From a virus (taxonomy: Duplodnaviria > Caudoviricetes): a stretch of DNA of 64,000 nt. The notes beneath the pieces are model-generated. The model was not told the origin of the DNA. It made no database searches and saw only the letters and a program-made list of their open reading frames with translations. Location: IMG/VR virus record IMGVR_UViG_3300003690_000055, positions 74 to 64,073 of that record. The stretch is one strand, 5' to 3'. Below, one piece after another: positions 38,874 to 49,167 of the stretch. The stretch's first letter is position 1; each line of letters begins with the position of its first letter. The position numbers were made by a program, and so were the translations under genes.

Positions 38874-41843
38874 TTAGTCGTCAAATGACGCTCCAGTTCT
38901 TGTAATATTAAAATCAATTGCTATAAATTCGATGGCCCTTGTTGGCTTCAGGAAAATCCTGGCATATAGAATGTTTCTATCAATCAAATCTGGTGTAGTA
39001 GTCGTTTCATCGAGCACAAGTTTATAATCAGATAAACCGAAATTTGTCTTGATATCAGCAAGAATTGGGCCGACCGCCGAGATGAATCGATTCCACGTTG
39101 TTTGAACGTTTGGATCGAAAAGAAGGCGCGATGCAACCTGTGAAACGCGCTTCTTCACAAAAATCATCAATCTACGAACGTTAATGCGATCCAGAGCAGA
39201 CGGAGTAACCTGAAGTGTCTTTTGTCCAAAGATTACAATACCCTCTGCCGGGAACTTGGCAATTGGATTAATGTTCGCAGCGTAAAGGTCATCTCGATCC
39301 TTACGACGCAACTGGTGTGCCACATCAACGATCGGAATGCCGGCGGAACCTTCAGTTAAACCACCGCGGTTAAATCCGGCAGGGGCAAACCACACCTGGG
39401 TCTTCTTCTGGGAACTTGAGAACGTACCCAAAGCGGCGATGGACGGCGGAAGCCAAATCATGGCGCCATTGATCGTATCTCTTCCTCGAACCCACGGATA
39501 GAAGCAACAACCATAAGACGAATTGAGGCCTCGATCGCGCAGATTACTAATTACAGTCCTTAAATTAGACTCCGTATTATTTCTGGCAGACGAAGTGTCT
39601 TCTGCACGGGCTTTGTAGCCGCCGGCCAAGTCGATAATCGCAAGAGCATCAGCGCGGTCCTCGCAAACACGAAGCAGGCTTGTGGTCAAACCTTCCTGTG
39701 TAAGGCCCGGGATAGTGGCCAAGTTCATCTCAACCACTTCTGGATCCGAAATAGAATCGATTGCCTGAAGAACAGAATTGAATGTATAACTATTCACAGG
39801 TGAAGGCGTACCGGTATCCCACTGGCTATTTCGGAATGGCTCAAGTTCTGTGATGTCCAAGCCATCAAAGCCACCGTACAGTGGCACCGTGAAGCGGTCA
39901 TATCCAGCATCTAGAACACCAGAAATTGCGCCGCTTACATTGGTCAAAGCAAGACCAGTCGCGTGGGAACCAGATCCCCAGAAAGCCCCGCCAGAGCCAC
40001 TCGGGTCTATTCTAATGTCGTCCAGCGTAAAGAATACCGATCGTTCGGTGGCACTCGCAACCGGGGAGCTAAGCATACTTCCGACAGCCCCACCGCGCGG
40101 GCGGAGTAAGTCGATATTGGAGGCATCAAAAATCGTGCCACCTGTCGTCCTGGTAGTTTGGAGCCCAAAATAAGCATTTTTGGGAGTGGTCAAGTTACCG
40201 GCGGAGGCCGATACACGGAGCTCAGGAGCTGGGAATAAAACGTTTGTATTAAGAACGGAACCGCTCACAATGAACACTGAGGCGCTAGTAACAGTGACCA
40301 AACCTGCATTGATAGAGGCCCCGCTTCGTGGTCGACCAGTACCGGCTGAAGCAATTGTTGAAGTCGAACCAGTAACCCAATAACCGGCCTCGTCCGGACC
40401 GCCGCCGCCGCCGCTGTTGTCAATTGCAATCGCCTCATCCAAATATTTAATTATACCCTTAAAACCGAACGGCAGGAGCGTTGGATTGTCGCCAACAACA
40501 TCTTCGTTCATAGCAATTCGAATGAAATCAGATCGATTATTATAATCACCATAGTTGATATAACGTCTCTCGTCGGAATTCCACGAGTTATACTTGTCGC
40601 CGACCTTGCGCGCGACATAATTTAATGAATCCGGATTCAAGTTACAGTCGTTAAACTGTTCGACAACCTTAACAACATTGTCGGAATCGTCAAGTTTGCG
40701 AACTACAACCGAAAATGATCCGTAATCATCAGACTCATTAGTTGAAACTTTAATATCTTGAATAGAAACTTTAAGATTACTATTTGTCCAGTCGCCGGGC
40801 TCGTTTAGGGCGTGAAGAGTAAACAATACAGGCATATCTGCGGGATTATAACCATTATTGGCTATTGGATCTCCATCGCCATGCGAAGCTGAGGTGCGCT
40901 GGACGGTGTCACATCCAATAATCGCCGGCGTTTGGGCATTTTGTAGTCCTACCCGGAAATCATCGCCGGCCCCCATTGTGGCTGCAGCGCCATTAAGATT
41001 TATCATCGCCGCAAAAGTACTTCCTGCGCTTCCTGTGATGTTGGCCTTTACATGACGATCAAATGTTTCCCCCAACCAATAATTCATTTCATTTTCAATA
41101 AGAGAAGAGTTCGTTCTTTGTGGAGTTGTATTGAACACCTTGCGAATATACTTTGAATCGTTAACATCAAAGTTAAAAACTGTCGTTTTGGGCTTACTGT
41201 TATAATCGACGTTATTAATAACCATCTTAAATTCCAAGGCCTTACCTGTGTCCCCCATAATAACATTAGAACCAGTTCCGGCTAGCCCGGAGCTGGATAA
41301 GGCGCCGGTCAGGTTAAAGTTACTGGCTCCTGCGGCGACCGTACCGCTTAATTGTAGAAGAGTGGCGGCCTCAGTTGTATAAAAAATTGCAGCAAGAGCT
41401 CCCTCAGCTTGATTGGTCGCAGTTCCTCGCTGATCGGGATGGAAAACCACGAGGCCCCAAGCATCTCCAGTTGAACCGGCGTCGAAGCCGGCTTTTCCAC
41501 CGGAACCGTCATTCTTAGAATCTTGACTTCCCAAAAGGCGAATGTAAGTTAAGGGGGAGCTGTTGCGAAGATAGGCTTGGGCTGCATATGCACCGTAAGA
41601 TGGCGCAGCAACGTTCGCACCCTGGCGCCACACGTCGCCATTAGCGGTGCCGGGGACCGGGGCGCCAAAAACTTCTACAAATTCAGAAAACGAATTAACT
41701 GTAACTGGCCGTAACGCGGGGCCCTTAAGGGCGCGCCCTATAACAACCGGCCCAATTCCGGCCGGGGATGCGGGTATCTGGGAATTGTCAATCTCATTAA
41801 CGAAAACTCCTGGTGATACAAATTTAAAATTTTTAACTGACAT
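38874..41843 (-). CDS. Tail sheath protein (gp18-like)
   Basis: FVSPGVFVNEID, YPW, WFAPAGFNRG, INPI, GQKT, RINVRRL, KPTRAIEFI. Confidence 0.95.
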   Translation of the reverse strand: MSVKNFKFVSPGVFVNEIDNSQIPASPAGIGPVVIGRALKGPALRPVTVNSFSEFVEVFGAPVPGTANGDVWRQGANVAAPSYGAYAAQAYLRNSSPLTYIRLLGSQDSKNDGSGGKAGFDAGSTGDAWGLVVFHPDQRGTATNQAEGALAAIFYTTEAATLLQLSGTVAAGASNFNLTGALSSSGLAGTGSNVIMGDTGKALEFKMVINNVDYNSKPKTTVFNFDVNDSKYIRKVFNTTPQRTNSSLIENEMNYWLGETFDRHVKANITGSAGSTFAAMINLNGAAATMGAGDDFRVGLQNAQTPAIIGCDTVQRTSASHGDGDPIANNGYNPADMPVLFTLHALNEPGDWTNSNLKVSIQDIKVSTNESDDYGSFSVVVRKLDDSDNVVKVVEQFNDCNLNPDSLNYVARKVGDKYNSWNSDERRYINYGDYNNRSDFIRIAMNEDVVGDNPTLLPFGFKGIIKYLDEAIAIDNSGGGGGPDEAGYWVTGSTSTIASAGTGRPRSGASINAGLVTVTSASVFIVSGSVLNTNVLFPAPELRVSASAGNLTTPKNAYFGLQTTRTTGGTIFDASNIDLLRPRGGAVGSMLSSPVASATERSVFFTLDDIRIDPSGSGGAFWGSGSHATGLALTNVSGAISGVLDAGYDRFTVPLYGGFDGLDITELEPFRNSQWDTGTPSPVNSYTFNSVLQAIDSISDPEVVEMNLATIPGLTQEGLTTSLLRVCEDRADALAIIDLAGGYKARAEDTSSARNNTESNLRTVISNLRDRGLNSSYGCCFYPWVRGRDTINGAMIWLPPSIAALGTFSSSQKKTQVWFAPAGFNRGGLTEGSAGIPIVDVAHQLRRKDRDDLYAANINPIAKFPAEGIVIFGQKTLQVTPSALDRINVRRLMIFVKKRVSQVASRLLFDPNVQTTWNRFISAVGPILADIKTNFGLSDYKLVLDETTTTPDLIDRNILYARIFLKPTRAIEFIAIDFNITRTGASFDD

Positions 41844-41906
41844 TCGTTTTTATCTCCTAAGCCTGGGATATCGTTATTAAATAGTATTGACTGCGCGCAA
41901 TAGTAA

Positions 41907-42857
41907 CTATTCTCTATAAAATCCGTCCTTAATACTACCTGGTATATCGCCGAAAATTACCTTTTCTCTTGAAAGCTTAAATTCTACAGCATTTTCGCGC
42001 TTTACAATTACTGGTCTCTCTTGATTATCTCCTTCTCCTATTAGATAACCAAGTACCTCAATATTTATTATATTTTCAAAATTTCTATGCTCCATTCCCA
42101 TATTGGCTATATTCGAACCATTATTAAAACTTCCCTGAATGAAGACTTCATAAAAATGATTTTCATGACTTATTCTCTTTGGCATCCGTGAATTACCAGG
42201 AACCGTTATGAATGGTCGTATTAATTCATTCATTTGTTGCTGATATTCAGTTCTCAGGGAAATCTCATAGTTAACCGATATCCATGTTGGAATCGGCATC
42301 GTTATTGTTTCATAAACAACTCTCTGAGTTGACATATTCCGCTTATTGGTGTTAAAGTTTTTCGACGCAACATCCCTATTCACGCCATATTTACGCTTTG
42401 AAAAAGCATTTTGAAATTCAGCAGTCTTTTTAGGGTTAATCCTGCGGGATATCGTTATCGTTCCACCTTTCTCATCATTAACAGGATACAAATTTGCATA
42501 TACAATTCCCTTTCTGGCAGGATCCTTATTAATTGACGCCCTATTAATGGTGATCAGAGGCAACACCAAAGTTTGTTCTGTATCTCTTAGCTCTTTGTTC
42601 TGGCCAGCTTTTAATTGATAAGCTCTTTCAGCTGTTAACCAGAGAACCGGAACTTTCTTAAATCCATCATTCGCTGTAATAGAAAGATTTAAGTCCTCAT
42701 CAATAAATTTTAACATAGCCCTATCAATTGTTTCTAATGTTGATGGCATAAACTCAATTTCTTTAAGCTTGCCCTGTACACCTTTATCACCCACATAATT
42801 AAACCGATCAGCTTTTTTATTACGTATTTGCTTTTGTGTTTTTTTGCTTCTAGCCAT
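41907..42857 (-). CDS. Tail terminator / sheath stabiliser (gp15-like)
   Basis: VPV...ER, LPLITI, YEISLRTEYQQQMNELI; lies between the neck and sheath genes. Confidence 0.65.
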   Translation of the reverse strand: MARSKKTQKQIRNKKADRFNYVGDKGVQGKLKEIEFMPSTLETIDRAMLKFIDEDLNLSITANDGFKKVPVLWLTAERAYQLKAGQNKELRDTEQTLVLPLITINRASINKDPARKGIVYANLYPVNDEKGGTITISRRINPKKTAEFQNAFSKRKYGVNRDVASKNFNTNKRNMSTQRVVYETITMPIPTWISVNYEISLRTEYQQQMNELIRPFITVPGNSRMPKRISHENHFYEVFIQGSFNNGSNIANMGMEHRNFENIINIEVLGYLIGEGDNQERPVIVKRENAVEFKLSREKVIFGDIPGSIKDGFYRE

Positions 42858-42870
42858 GATTGATGTCCAT

Positions 42871-44142
42871 CTAACCCACATATATACCAGCAGGAACATT
42901 TTGAAGTACTTTCCCAGTAGAATCTTGAAGTGTGGAGTCTTTTGTGGCCATTTCTGCGTAAGTCAATTCATCCAGTGTCGTCTTTAATTCTTCTCTTAAG
43001 GCATCTTGCTCAGCTTTTGCCTGTCCTAGCAAATCGGCGGCATTTAAAGTTACGCTCTCGCCTGGAATTGGTACGGTGGCGAATTTGCCTCTCACTTGCC
43101 CCAATATTTCTTTTGTTAAGGCTAAAGCAAACCGACGAATCCATTGTTTGCCAATCGAATTAATGCTCTCATATGAAAGATTTTGGAATGGCAATGTATT
43201 CATATTGTTAATACCCTCTATTCCAGATCGAGGCTGTCCGCTGCCCTCTTCCCACGGGGCATATTGATTATCGATTGTAAATTCAACCCAATATTTCTCT
43301 GGACTAGTGTTGTCGGGTCGTGGATATATTCGAATATTATTATTTTTAATTTCATAAGAATAATGAGAAATTCTAGTCCAAAGAGCGTCTTCATAGGCCA
43401 GGGCTTGTAATTTATTCTGCCATGTTGGAACTATTTCAAAGGTAGAATCATCAGCGTATTGACCATAAGTTCTCATATTACCAACAACAGAAAATCCACC
43501 ATAATATCCGTAAAATCGCCACATCGCTCTTGGGGTTTTAAAGAATACTTTACGGATTATGACTCTTTTATCATCTACTTCCCCGAAGAAAGGAACCGAA
43601 GAAGATAGTGCTGACGAGCCAGATATTAGTGTCTGCAAGTCATAATCTTGCTGGCCAGCTATTCGTTCAAACGAAGCTGAATAAATTGGAAGTGTCCCTC
43701 CGATGCCAATTTCAGTAATATTTCTCTCCGAAACTCTCCGGGCAAATCCATAGTCAAACCGCGGGTATCTCAACTCAATATTGGAGCCTGATAAAGAATT
43801 ACCACTAACAACTTGACCATCTTGATCAAAAGATGCGGTTGCAGCGCCCAGCAGACTAGATAAACTATTTTTACTTTGATGTATATTAATAATATAAGAA
43901 TATTCTAAAACTGCTTCTTCATATGCAGCATAAACATTCCCTACTGCTAATTCAATATCTAAAACATCGCCGCCTAACTTCTTATATGTGTAAGATACTT
44001 GATCTGATGCTCCAGAAAGAAAAGCGTCCGAAGATGCATAAATTCCAAAAGGAAGAGTGGCTGCTACATCCGACGCCGATCCCGTTACTGTTAAAATATT
44101 TGCGTTTGTTGTCGATGATGGGCTTAATTTTGGTATCGCCAT
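42871..44142 (-). CDS. Neck protein (gp13-like)
   Basis: LGGDVLDIEL, WIRRFALALTKEILG..RGKF...PG..TLN. Confidence 0.8.
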   Translation of the reverse strand: MAIPKLSPSSTTNANILTVTGSASDVAATLPFGIYASSDAFLSGASDQVSYTYKKLGGDVLDIELAVGNVYAAYEEAVLEYSYIINIHQSKNSLSSLLGAATASFDQDGQVVSGNSLSGSNIELRYPRFDYGFARRVSERNITEIGIGGTLPIYSASFERIAGQQDYDLQTLISGSSALSSSVPFFGEVDDKRVIIRKVFFKTPRAMWRFYGYYGGFSVVGNMRTYGQYADDSTFEIVPTWQNKLQALAYEDALWTRISHYSYEIKNNNIRIYPRPDNTSPEKYWVEFTIDNQYAPWEEGSGQPRSGIEGINNMNTLPFQNLSYESINSIGKQWIRRFALALTKEILGQVRGKFATVPIPGESVTLNAADLLGQAKAEQDALREELKTTLDELTYAEMATKDSTLQDSTGKVLQNVPAGIYVG

Positions 44143-44171
44143 GTGATGCTCCCGCGTGCTCTAGTACTAAA

Positions 44172-44204
44172 TAGAAAGCCCCGCCTCAAAAGAGACGGGG
44201 CTTT
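44172..44204 (-). terminator. Hairpin after the major capsid gene, abutting a late motif
   Basis: AAAGCCCCGTCTC/GAGGCGGGGCTTT followed by CTATTTA. Confidence 0.75.
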
Positions 44205-44232
44205 AACTATTTTGACCTTACGTCAGTTATGA

Positions 44233-45990
44233 CTAGACTAAGTCGCGAACGACAACTAATCCATACATATCTGGACGAACCATCTTCTTGGCATATCGGG
44301 TCATCACGCCCTTGCGAGGCACGAAGTCTTCAACGCCGAAGATAGTAGGAGTGGTCTGCAGCGGCACATAAGGTGCATACACATAGCCACTCTCAAGGAA
44401 GCTACTTCCACGTCGTCCAACAAGGACGATATTACGTGGGAAGTAAGGATCGACAAGAATGTCGAACTTCTTCGAAAGCGAACCAACCTTCACAGCACCC
44501 GCATCGCCGCGATCGCTATCAGCGGTCACATTGGCACGGAAGCCAGCAGTAAACTCAAGGATGTTGGCAACTTCAGGTCCGCAAACCAGGAAATTAGCAG
44601 CACCGCGTAGAGTCCTACGGTGGATCTGAGCAGAGACATCATTGATGGTCTCAATGAGAGTCTCATACCACTCACTCACATTACCAGTGAAGTCGGGCGT
44701 AGTGCTAGCACCAATCTCAGCGCCGGTTTCACGGTTCAGGAACTTACCTGCGGCACGAGACCAGAAACGAGTTCCAGCCGTTGCACCCTTAACAAGGTCC
44801 TCAAGGATCTCACGATCAATTTCAAGAGCAATCTGCTCAGAAAGGATCTGAGTAAGCTCAACCTCGGCATCAAGGTTGTGGTAGGCGTTAAGATCTTGTC
44901 CTAACTCCGGTGACCACTTGGCCTTGAGCTTCTTGGTGACAGCCGTAACAGCCACGGAATCGACCTTGATGTCGATTTCAGGAATGTTCTGCTCATTTTC
45001 GAGTCCCCACGTAGTAGCGGGCAAGACTGCGCCAACGGCGCCGCCCGTTCCAGCAAAATTATCAGTAATTGGGAACTCAAGAGTAGCGGCATCAAGAGCT
45101 GCTTTAATTTCAGCAGCCGAACCAGTACCAACAGCGACAACTCTCACAGTCACGTCAGACGTTGTGGCAAGATCCGCCGACTTACTCAGCGAGCTAAGAC
45201 GACGCACGATAACAATGTCATCGTCAGGGTTGAGTGCATTAGTCCAAGCCGCATCAATACCCACAAGATCGTCGTAATTAAACTGAGTCGCACTCAAATC
45301 CTGTGTAAGAACAGCAAAAGCAGAACCAGATGTAAGATCCGGATCAAACCTCAAAATTTGAGCACTAACGTAATCGGTCGACAGAGCCTGCAAGCCTACA
45401 GAGTAGTCTGCAACATCCCCAGCGCCACCATTACCGTCGATAGTACCAGAAATTGTGGTTGTGCCAGTCGCGACTGAACCAGTCGGCGATGAATAGCCGT
45501 TGCGTAAGTTATACGCACCAGCTGCAGCTTCGCCTTCACTACCGGCGAGATTAACACCGCCGGTGATCTGACTAGCTACGGCGCCACCGCCATATACCGA
45601 ATTACCAACCTCGAACCCAAGGCGCGCGGTTGATGTATCCTGGAAAACACCGCCGTAGGTGAAATCAAGGAAGAAGATGAGGCCCGAGGGCAAACTCATC
45701 GGCTGAACGCTAACGAGATCGTTGGCGATCAGATTGCCGAATACACGGCGAACAAGAGGAAACGCAACAGCTGCGAAACCTTCAACGTCCTGACCAACAG
45801 CCATGCTGCTAGCCTCACGGAGTAGCTCTTTTGCTTGGTTCTCAAGCAATCGGGCCATACCATTCCGAGCGGCGTCGTCACCGATACCCTCAAGAAGACC
45901 TGTAGCTTCCCATTTAGAAATGAGAGCGGCACCTTCTGTAGAGAGATCGCGGTTGACGATACCTTCGGTTAATTTTTGTACAATAGACAT
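44233..45990 (-). CDS. Major capsid protein (gp23-like)
   Basis: KW..LLEG, LLENQ, PLVRR, VQPM..PSGLIF, KLKAKWSPE..QDL, EIDREI, YAPYVPL, TRY. Confidence 0.97.
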   Translation of the reverse strand: MSIVQKLTEGIVNRDLSTEGAALISKWEATGLLEGIGDDAARNGMARLLENQAKELLREASSMAVGQDVEGFAAVAFPLVRRVFGNLIANDLVSVQPMSLPSGLIFFLDFTYGGVFQDTSTARLGFEVGNSVYGGGAVASQITGGVNLAGSEGEAAAGAYNLRNGYSSPTGSVATGTTTISGTIDGNGGAGDVADYSVGLQALSTDYVSAQILRFDPDLTSGSAFAVLTQDLSATQFNYDDLVGIDAAWTNALNPDDDIVIVRRLSSLSKSADLATTSDVTVRVVAVGTGSAAEIKAALDAATLEFPITDNFAGTGGAVGAVLPATTWGLENEQNIPEIDIKVDSVAVTAVTKKLKAKWSPELGQDLNAYHNLDAEVELTQILSEQIALEIDREILEDLVKGATAGTRFWSRAAGKFLNRETGAEIGASTTPDFTGNVSEWYETLIETINDVSAQIHRRTLRGAANFLVCGPEVANILEFTAGFRANVTADSDRGDAGAVKVGSLSKKFDILVDPYFPRNIVLVGRRGSSFLESGYVYAPYVPLQTTPTIFGVEDFVPRKGVMTRYAKKMVRPDMYGLVVVRDLV

Positions 45991-46012
45991 TTTTATATAA
46001 CCTCCTAGTATG

Positions 46013-47104
46013 TTATTGTTTTGTTAAACCTGCTAAACGCAGCATTCGATCCATATTTGGATCTTTTGTTGCCTGGTTGTTTTTCTTTGAATTGATCAAA
46101 AGCGAAACAGGCCTTTGAACCGCTTCACGAAGTGTTTGTGGTCGCTTGCTCTCAGAGCCGGCGACACCCACCGCGTTTTGAATTGTTTCAAATAATACCT
46201 GTGCTTCTTCAACAGAATTGGCAAGTTGAACAGCCTCGACAATTTTATTTCTTTGTCGCTCATTCAAGGAGGTGCTGCTAAGTGCCTTGTTTTGATAAAC
46301 AAGTTTGGCGTTTTCCAAGTTCAGCCTTGTAAGCTGAGTCTTAGATTCAGTTAAAAGAGCATATAGCCCCTTTAGTGATTCTGTAAGTTCTGAAATTTTA
46401 CTTTCATAGAGGGCGGCATCAGAAACAACATCTGGTGCTGTTGACGCGTCTTCCTCTAGTTCTTCTTCGTCCTCATCGAGTTGGGCAGCCTGCGCGGCGG
46501 CCATGGCATTATTATTGGCCTGCTCCACACTATTATCAGCGGAGTTGACGGAAGCCCAACCCTGCGGGCGGGGAGTGCCCTGATATTCGACTTTCTCGGA
46601 CACCAACTCTTCAATAAGGTCGGCAATCATTTCTTCTGTGAGAGCAATATCTTCGTCTTCCTCTAAGTTTGTTTTTTCAGTAATATCTGGCGAATCGTCA
46701 TCGCTCTCAGTTAATTCTGGAACAACACCTGCCGGTGGGGTACCCAAATCAGCTGCCAGGTCGGTTGCATCTATTAATGAATCAGGAGAAGTTTCCACTC
46801 CGGCGGCCTCTTCCTCATCAATACGAGCTTTAAGGGCATTAAAATCAATTTCAATTAATTCGTCTTGCGGCGGTGAGTCAAGCTCTTCAGTTTGAAAAGC
46901 ATATGGAACATCATCAGTAAAAGACGCGTCGGCAGGGGCATCTTCCTCAAGACCGAGACCGAACTCATCCTGCTCTAATAAAGTAGAAAGAGCACCTTTC
47001 ACTTCGACCGAATACTTCTCCAATACGGCATTTTCCGCATTTTTAAGGGCTGCTTCTTTCAGCGCTTTCGCGTCGACGATGGCTTCTTCTAATAGTGAAG
47101 ACAT
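46013..47104 (-). CDS. Prohead scaffold / core protein
   Basis: Acidic coiled coil directly upstream of the MCP, many LxE sites, ends RMLRLAGL. Confidence 0.8.
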   Translation of the reverse strand: MSSLLEEAIVDAKALKEAALKNAENAVLEKYSVEVKGALSTLLEQDEFGLGLEEDAPADASFTDDVPYAFQTEELDSPPQDELIEIDFNALKARIDEEEAAGVETSPDSLIDATDLAADLGTPPAGVVPELTESDDDSPDITEKTNLEEDEDIALTEEMIADLIEELVSEKVEYQGTPRPQGWASVNSADNSVEQANNNAMAAAQAAQLDEDEEELEEDASTAPDVVSDAALYESKISELTESLKGLYALLTESKTQLTRLNLENAKLVYQNKALSSTSLNERQRNKIVEAVQLANSVEEAQVLFETIQNAVGVAGSESKRPQTLREAVQRPVSLLINSKKNNQATKDPNMDRMLRLAGLTKQ

Positions 47105-47191
47105 AAAAATTACTCCAGTTCTAACATGTAATCACAATAAATAGTGTGTAACTAAAGGAAATGACTAATAGTTATGATTTATGGGGGCCTC

Positions 47192-48004
47192 CTAAGAAAT
47201 TTCCACTTCCCATACATGAATTTTTGATAAAATAGGATCGAATCCTGTGCCCGCAACAATACTGCCGGCCCCTATAATAATATCTGAGGATCCAAAATCT
47301 AAAATATTACTTGTGGCTGGGTTTCCTCCGAACGACGCCTGACCCAGAACAGTTACACCATCCCACGAGGCATCTCCACTCGTTCCATAGCCCGCCAAAG
47401 CAGAGAGGCCTCCATTTAGTGCGCGGACTCCATAGAAAGTAGAAGCGGCAGCTGTATTTATATAAGTCGTCGCCCCAGCCAGATTGCGCCTACACAAAAA
47501 GTCACGAGAAGAAATATATAAATCAACAGCCTGTATATAATCTGTACCATCGCCGAACGCCACTGCGGTCCAATGATAGGCTGCAGTGGGGACGTCTCCA
47601 ACCCACTCAACTAAAACTATTAATTCTGTGTTTAAAGTTGCAGAGCCTCCTTTAATAAAGTTGGTGCACGCAGCGCGCATATAAGGAACCACTGTCGGAT
47701 ATGCTGTGGTATCCCAGTTTCCTGTGTTGGCCGGCAAATCCCACAAAACGCCAGTACTTCCGTTGGGACCCCAGGCAGTAGCGCCGCCGGCATTTCCAAA
47801 AGTCCATGTAACGGCACTTGTTACCGTTCCTGCTGATGGAGTCAGCGCGTAGCTACTCTCCCCACTCCAGTCGGCGGAATCCAGGGCAGCCAAATCAAAT
47901 GTGGCCTTTAAAGTCACGCGGGCCCCAATGTCCGCCGTATTGATAGTTTTAATACCCGCCATTTCTACTCCTAATATCGCAGATGCATTAGCCACTTCAT
48001 TCAA
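47192..48004 (-). CDS. Hypothetical virion protein, beta-rich
   Basis: G/T/A-rich; overlaps the upstream fibre gene. Confidence 0.55.
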   Translation of the reverse strand: MNEVANASAILGVEMAGIKTINTADIGARVTLKATFDLAALDSADWSGESSYALTPSAGTVTSAVTWTFGNAGGATAWGPNGSTGVLWDLPANTGNWDTTAYPTVVPYMRAACTNFIKGGSATLNTELIVLVEWVGDVPTAAYHWTAVAFGDGTDYIQAVDLYISSRDFLCRRNLAGATTYINTAAASTFYGVRALNGGLSALAGYGTSGDASWDGVTVLGQASFGGNPATSNILDFGSSDIIIGAGSIVAGTGFDPILSKIHVWEVEIS

Positions 48005-49067
48005 TCTCTACATAAGTAGAATCAGGATTGAAATATATTACATTGGCAGTGTTCGTACCATAACCTACAATGCGTATATACGAATCTGTGGCAGTGGGAG
48101 CAGCGCCGCTCATCAGCCCGTTGCTTCCCGATTGAATATAAACAGGGCCGCCTTTTATAAAGGCTCCCGCATACTGATCACCATGAACATTGTAATAGCC
48201 GCGAAGAAGGACCCCGGCCGCGGCAGGATCTGTGCCCAAGGGGACACCCAGCAGTTGGTTATGACCGCTTCCGGTCGCATCTGCAGAAGCATCTTCCCAG
48301 CCGCCGTCGCTGTTAAGATATACTACCGAGCCGGACTGTAAATTAGAACCGGTTCCATAGTATACTACTTCACCGCCGCCGTTGTTGGTACTAAGGTTTT
48401 TTGGATCGGCAGAACCCGTGTAGTGAACATCTAAAGCAGTTTTGGGTGCTGTGGTGCCGATGCCGACATTGCCCTCCGACTGATCAAAGTAATAGCCGAC
48501 TCCCCCCAAGGCGCCAGAAATCTGGAAATCGAGGTTTGAGTTAGGAATGCCGAACTTGATCGCCGGTCCGTTAGCGGGATATAACTCTATAGCTGCTGAA
48601 TCTGATTCTATAACGATGCCGGCGGTGGCGTTGCTACCCGAAACATGTAACGCCCTCGAAGGCGACGCCGTGCCGATGCCGACGTAGCCGGAATCTAAAA
48701 TGGTTAAATCTGTCGAGCCGTCGTCATTCTTAAAAGTGTATCCAGTATAGCCGGCCTGATTTCCTTGAAAATCTAAAAATCCAGTGCTACTATTTCGTCC
48801 AATTTTGTAGTAGTTAGTGCCGCCGAGGCCTAGTCGTAGTTGATCGGAGGAAGTATCACCGAGAATGTCTAGGGTAGCGCCCGGCGCTGAGGTGCCGATG
48901 CCGGCGCGCGCAGTTGACCCGCTTACAACAAAAACGGTAGTGCCGCCAGCAACCACTCCCATCGCATCTTCATTCCAGTCTATGTAAGTATTTCCATCGA
49001 GATCTATTGTGGTCTCAGCATAAATGTCACCATGCTTGACACTACCGGTTGTATATTTATATGCCAT
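47997..49067 (-). CDS. Fibre or decoration protein
   Basis: Three (V/A)GIGTxxP...L(D/H)(I/V) repeats; late motif upstream. Confidence 0.7.
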   Translation of the reverse strand: MAYKYTTGSVKHGDIYAETTIDLDGNTYIDWNEDAMGVVAGGTTVFVVSGSTARAGIGTSAPGATLDILGDTSSDQLRLGLGGTNYYKIGRNSSTGFLDFQGNQAGYTGYTFKNDDGSTDLTILDSGYVGIGTASPSRALHVSGSNATAGIVIESDSAAIELYPANGPAIKFGIPNSNLDFQISGALGGVGYYFDQSEGNVGIGTTAPKTALDVHYTGSADPKNLSTNNGGGEVVYYGTGSNLQSGSVVYLNSDGGWEDASADATGSGHNQLLGVPLGTDPAAAGVLLRGYYNVHGDQYAGAFIKGGPVYIQSGSNGLMSGAAPTATDSYIRIVGYGTNTANVIYFNPDSTYVEIE

Positions 49068-49088
49068 TCTTTTATAAATAGAAACTCA

Positions 49089-49127
49089 AAAACAAAAAGG
49101 GTGAGTATCCCGAAAGATACTCACCCC
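49089..49127 (-). terminator. Rho-independent terminator
   Basis: GGGTGAGTATC-TTTCGG-GATACTCACCC followed by TTTTTGTTTTT. Confidence 0.88.
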
Positions 49128-49167
49128 AAATTTGTATGGTTGTCTCTAGCCTAAAGAAAGCTTCAGA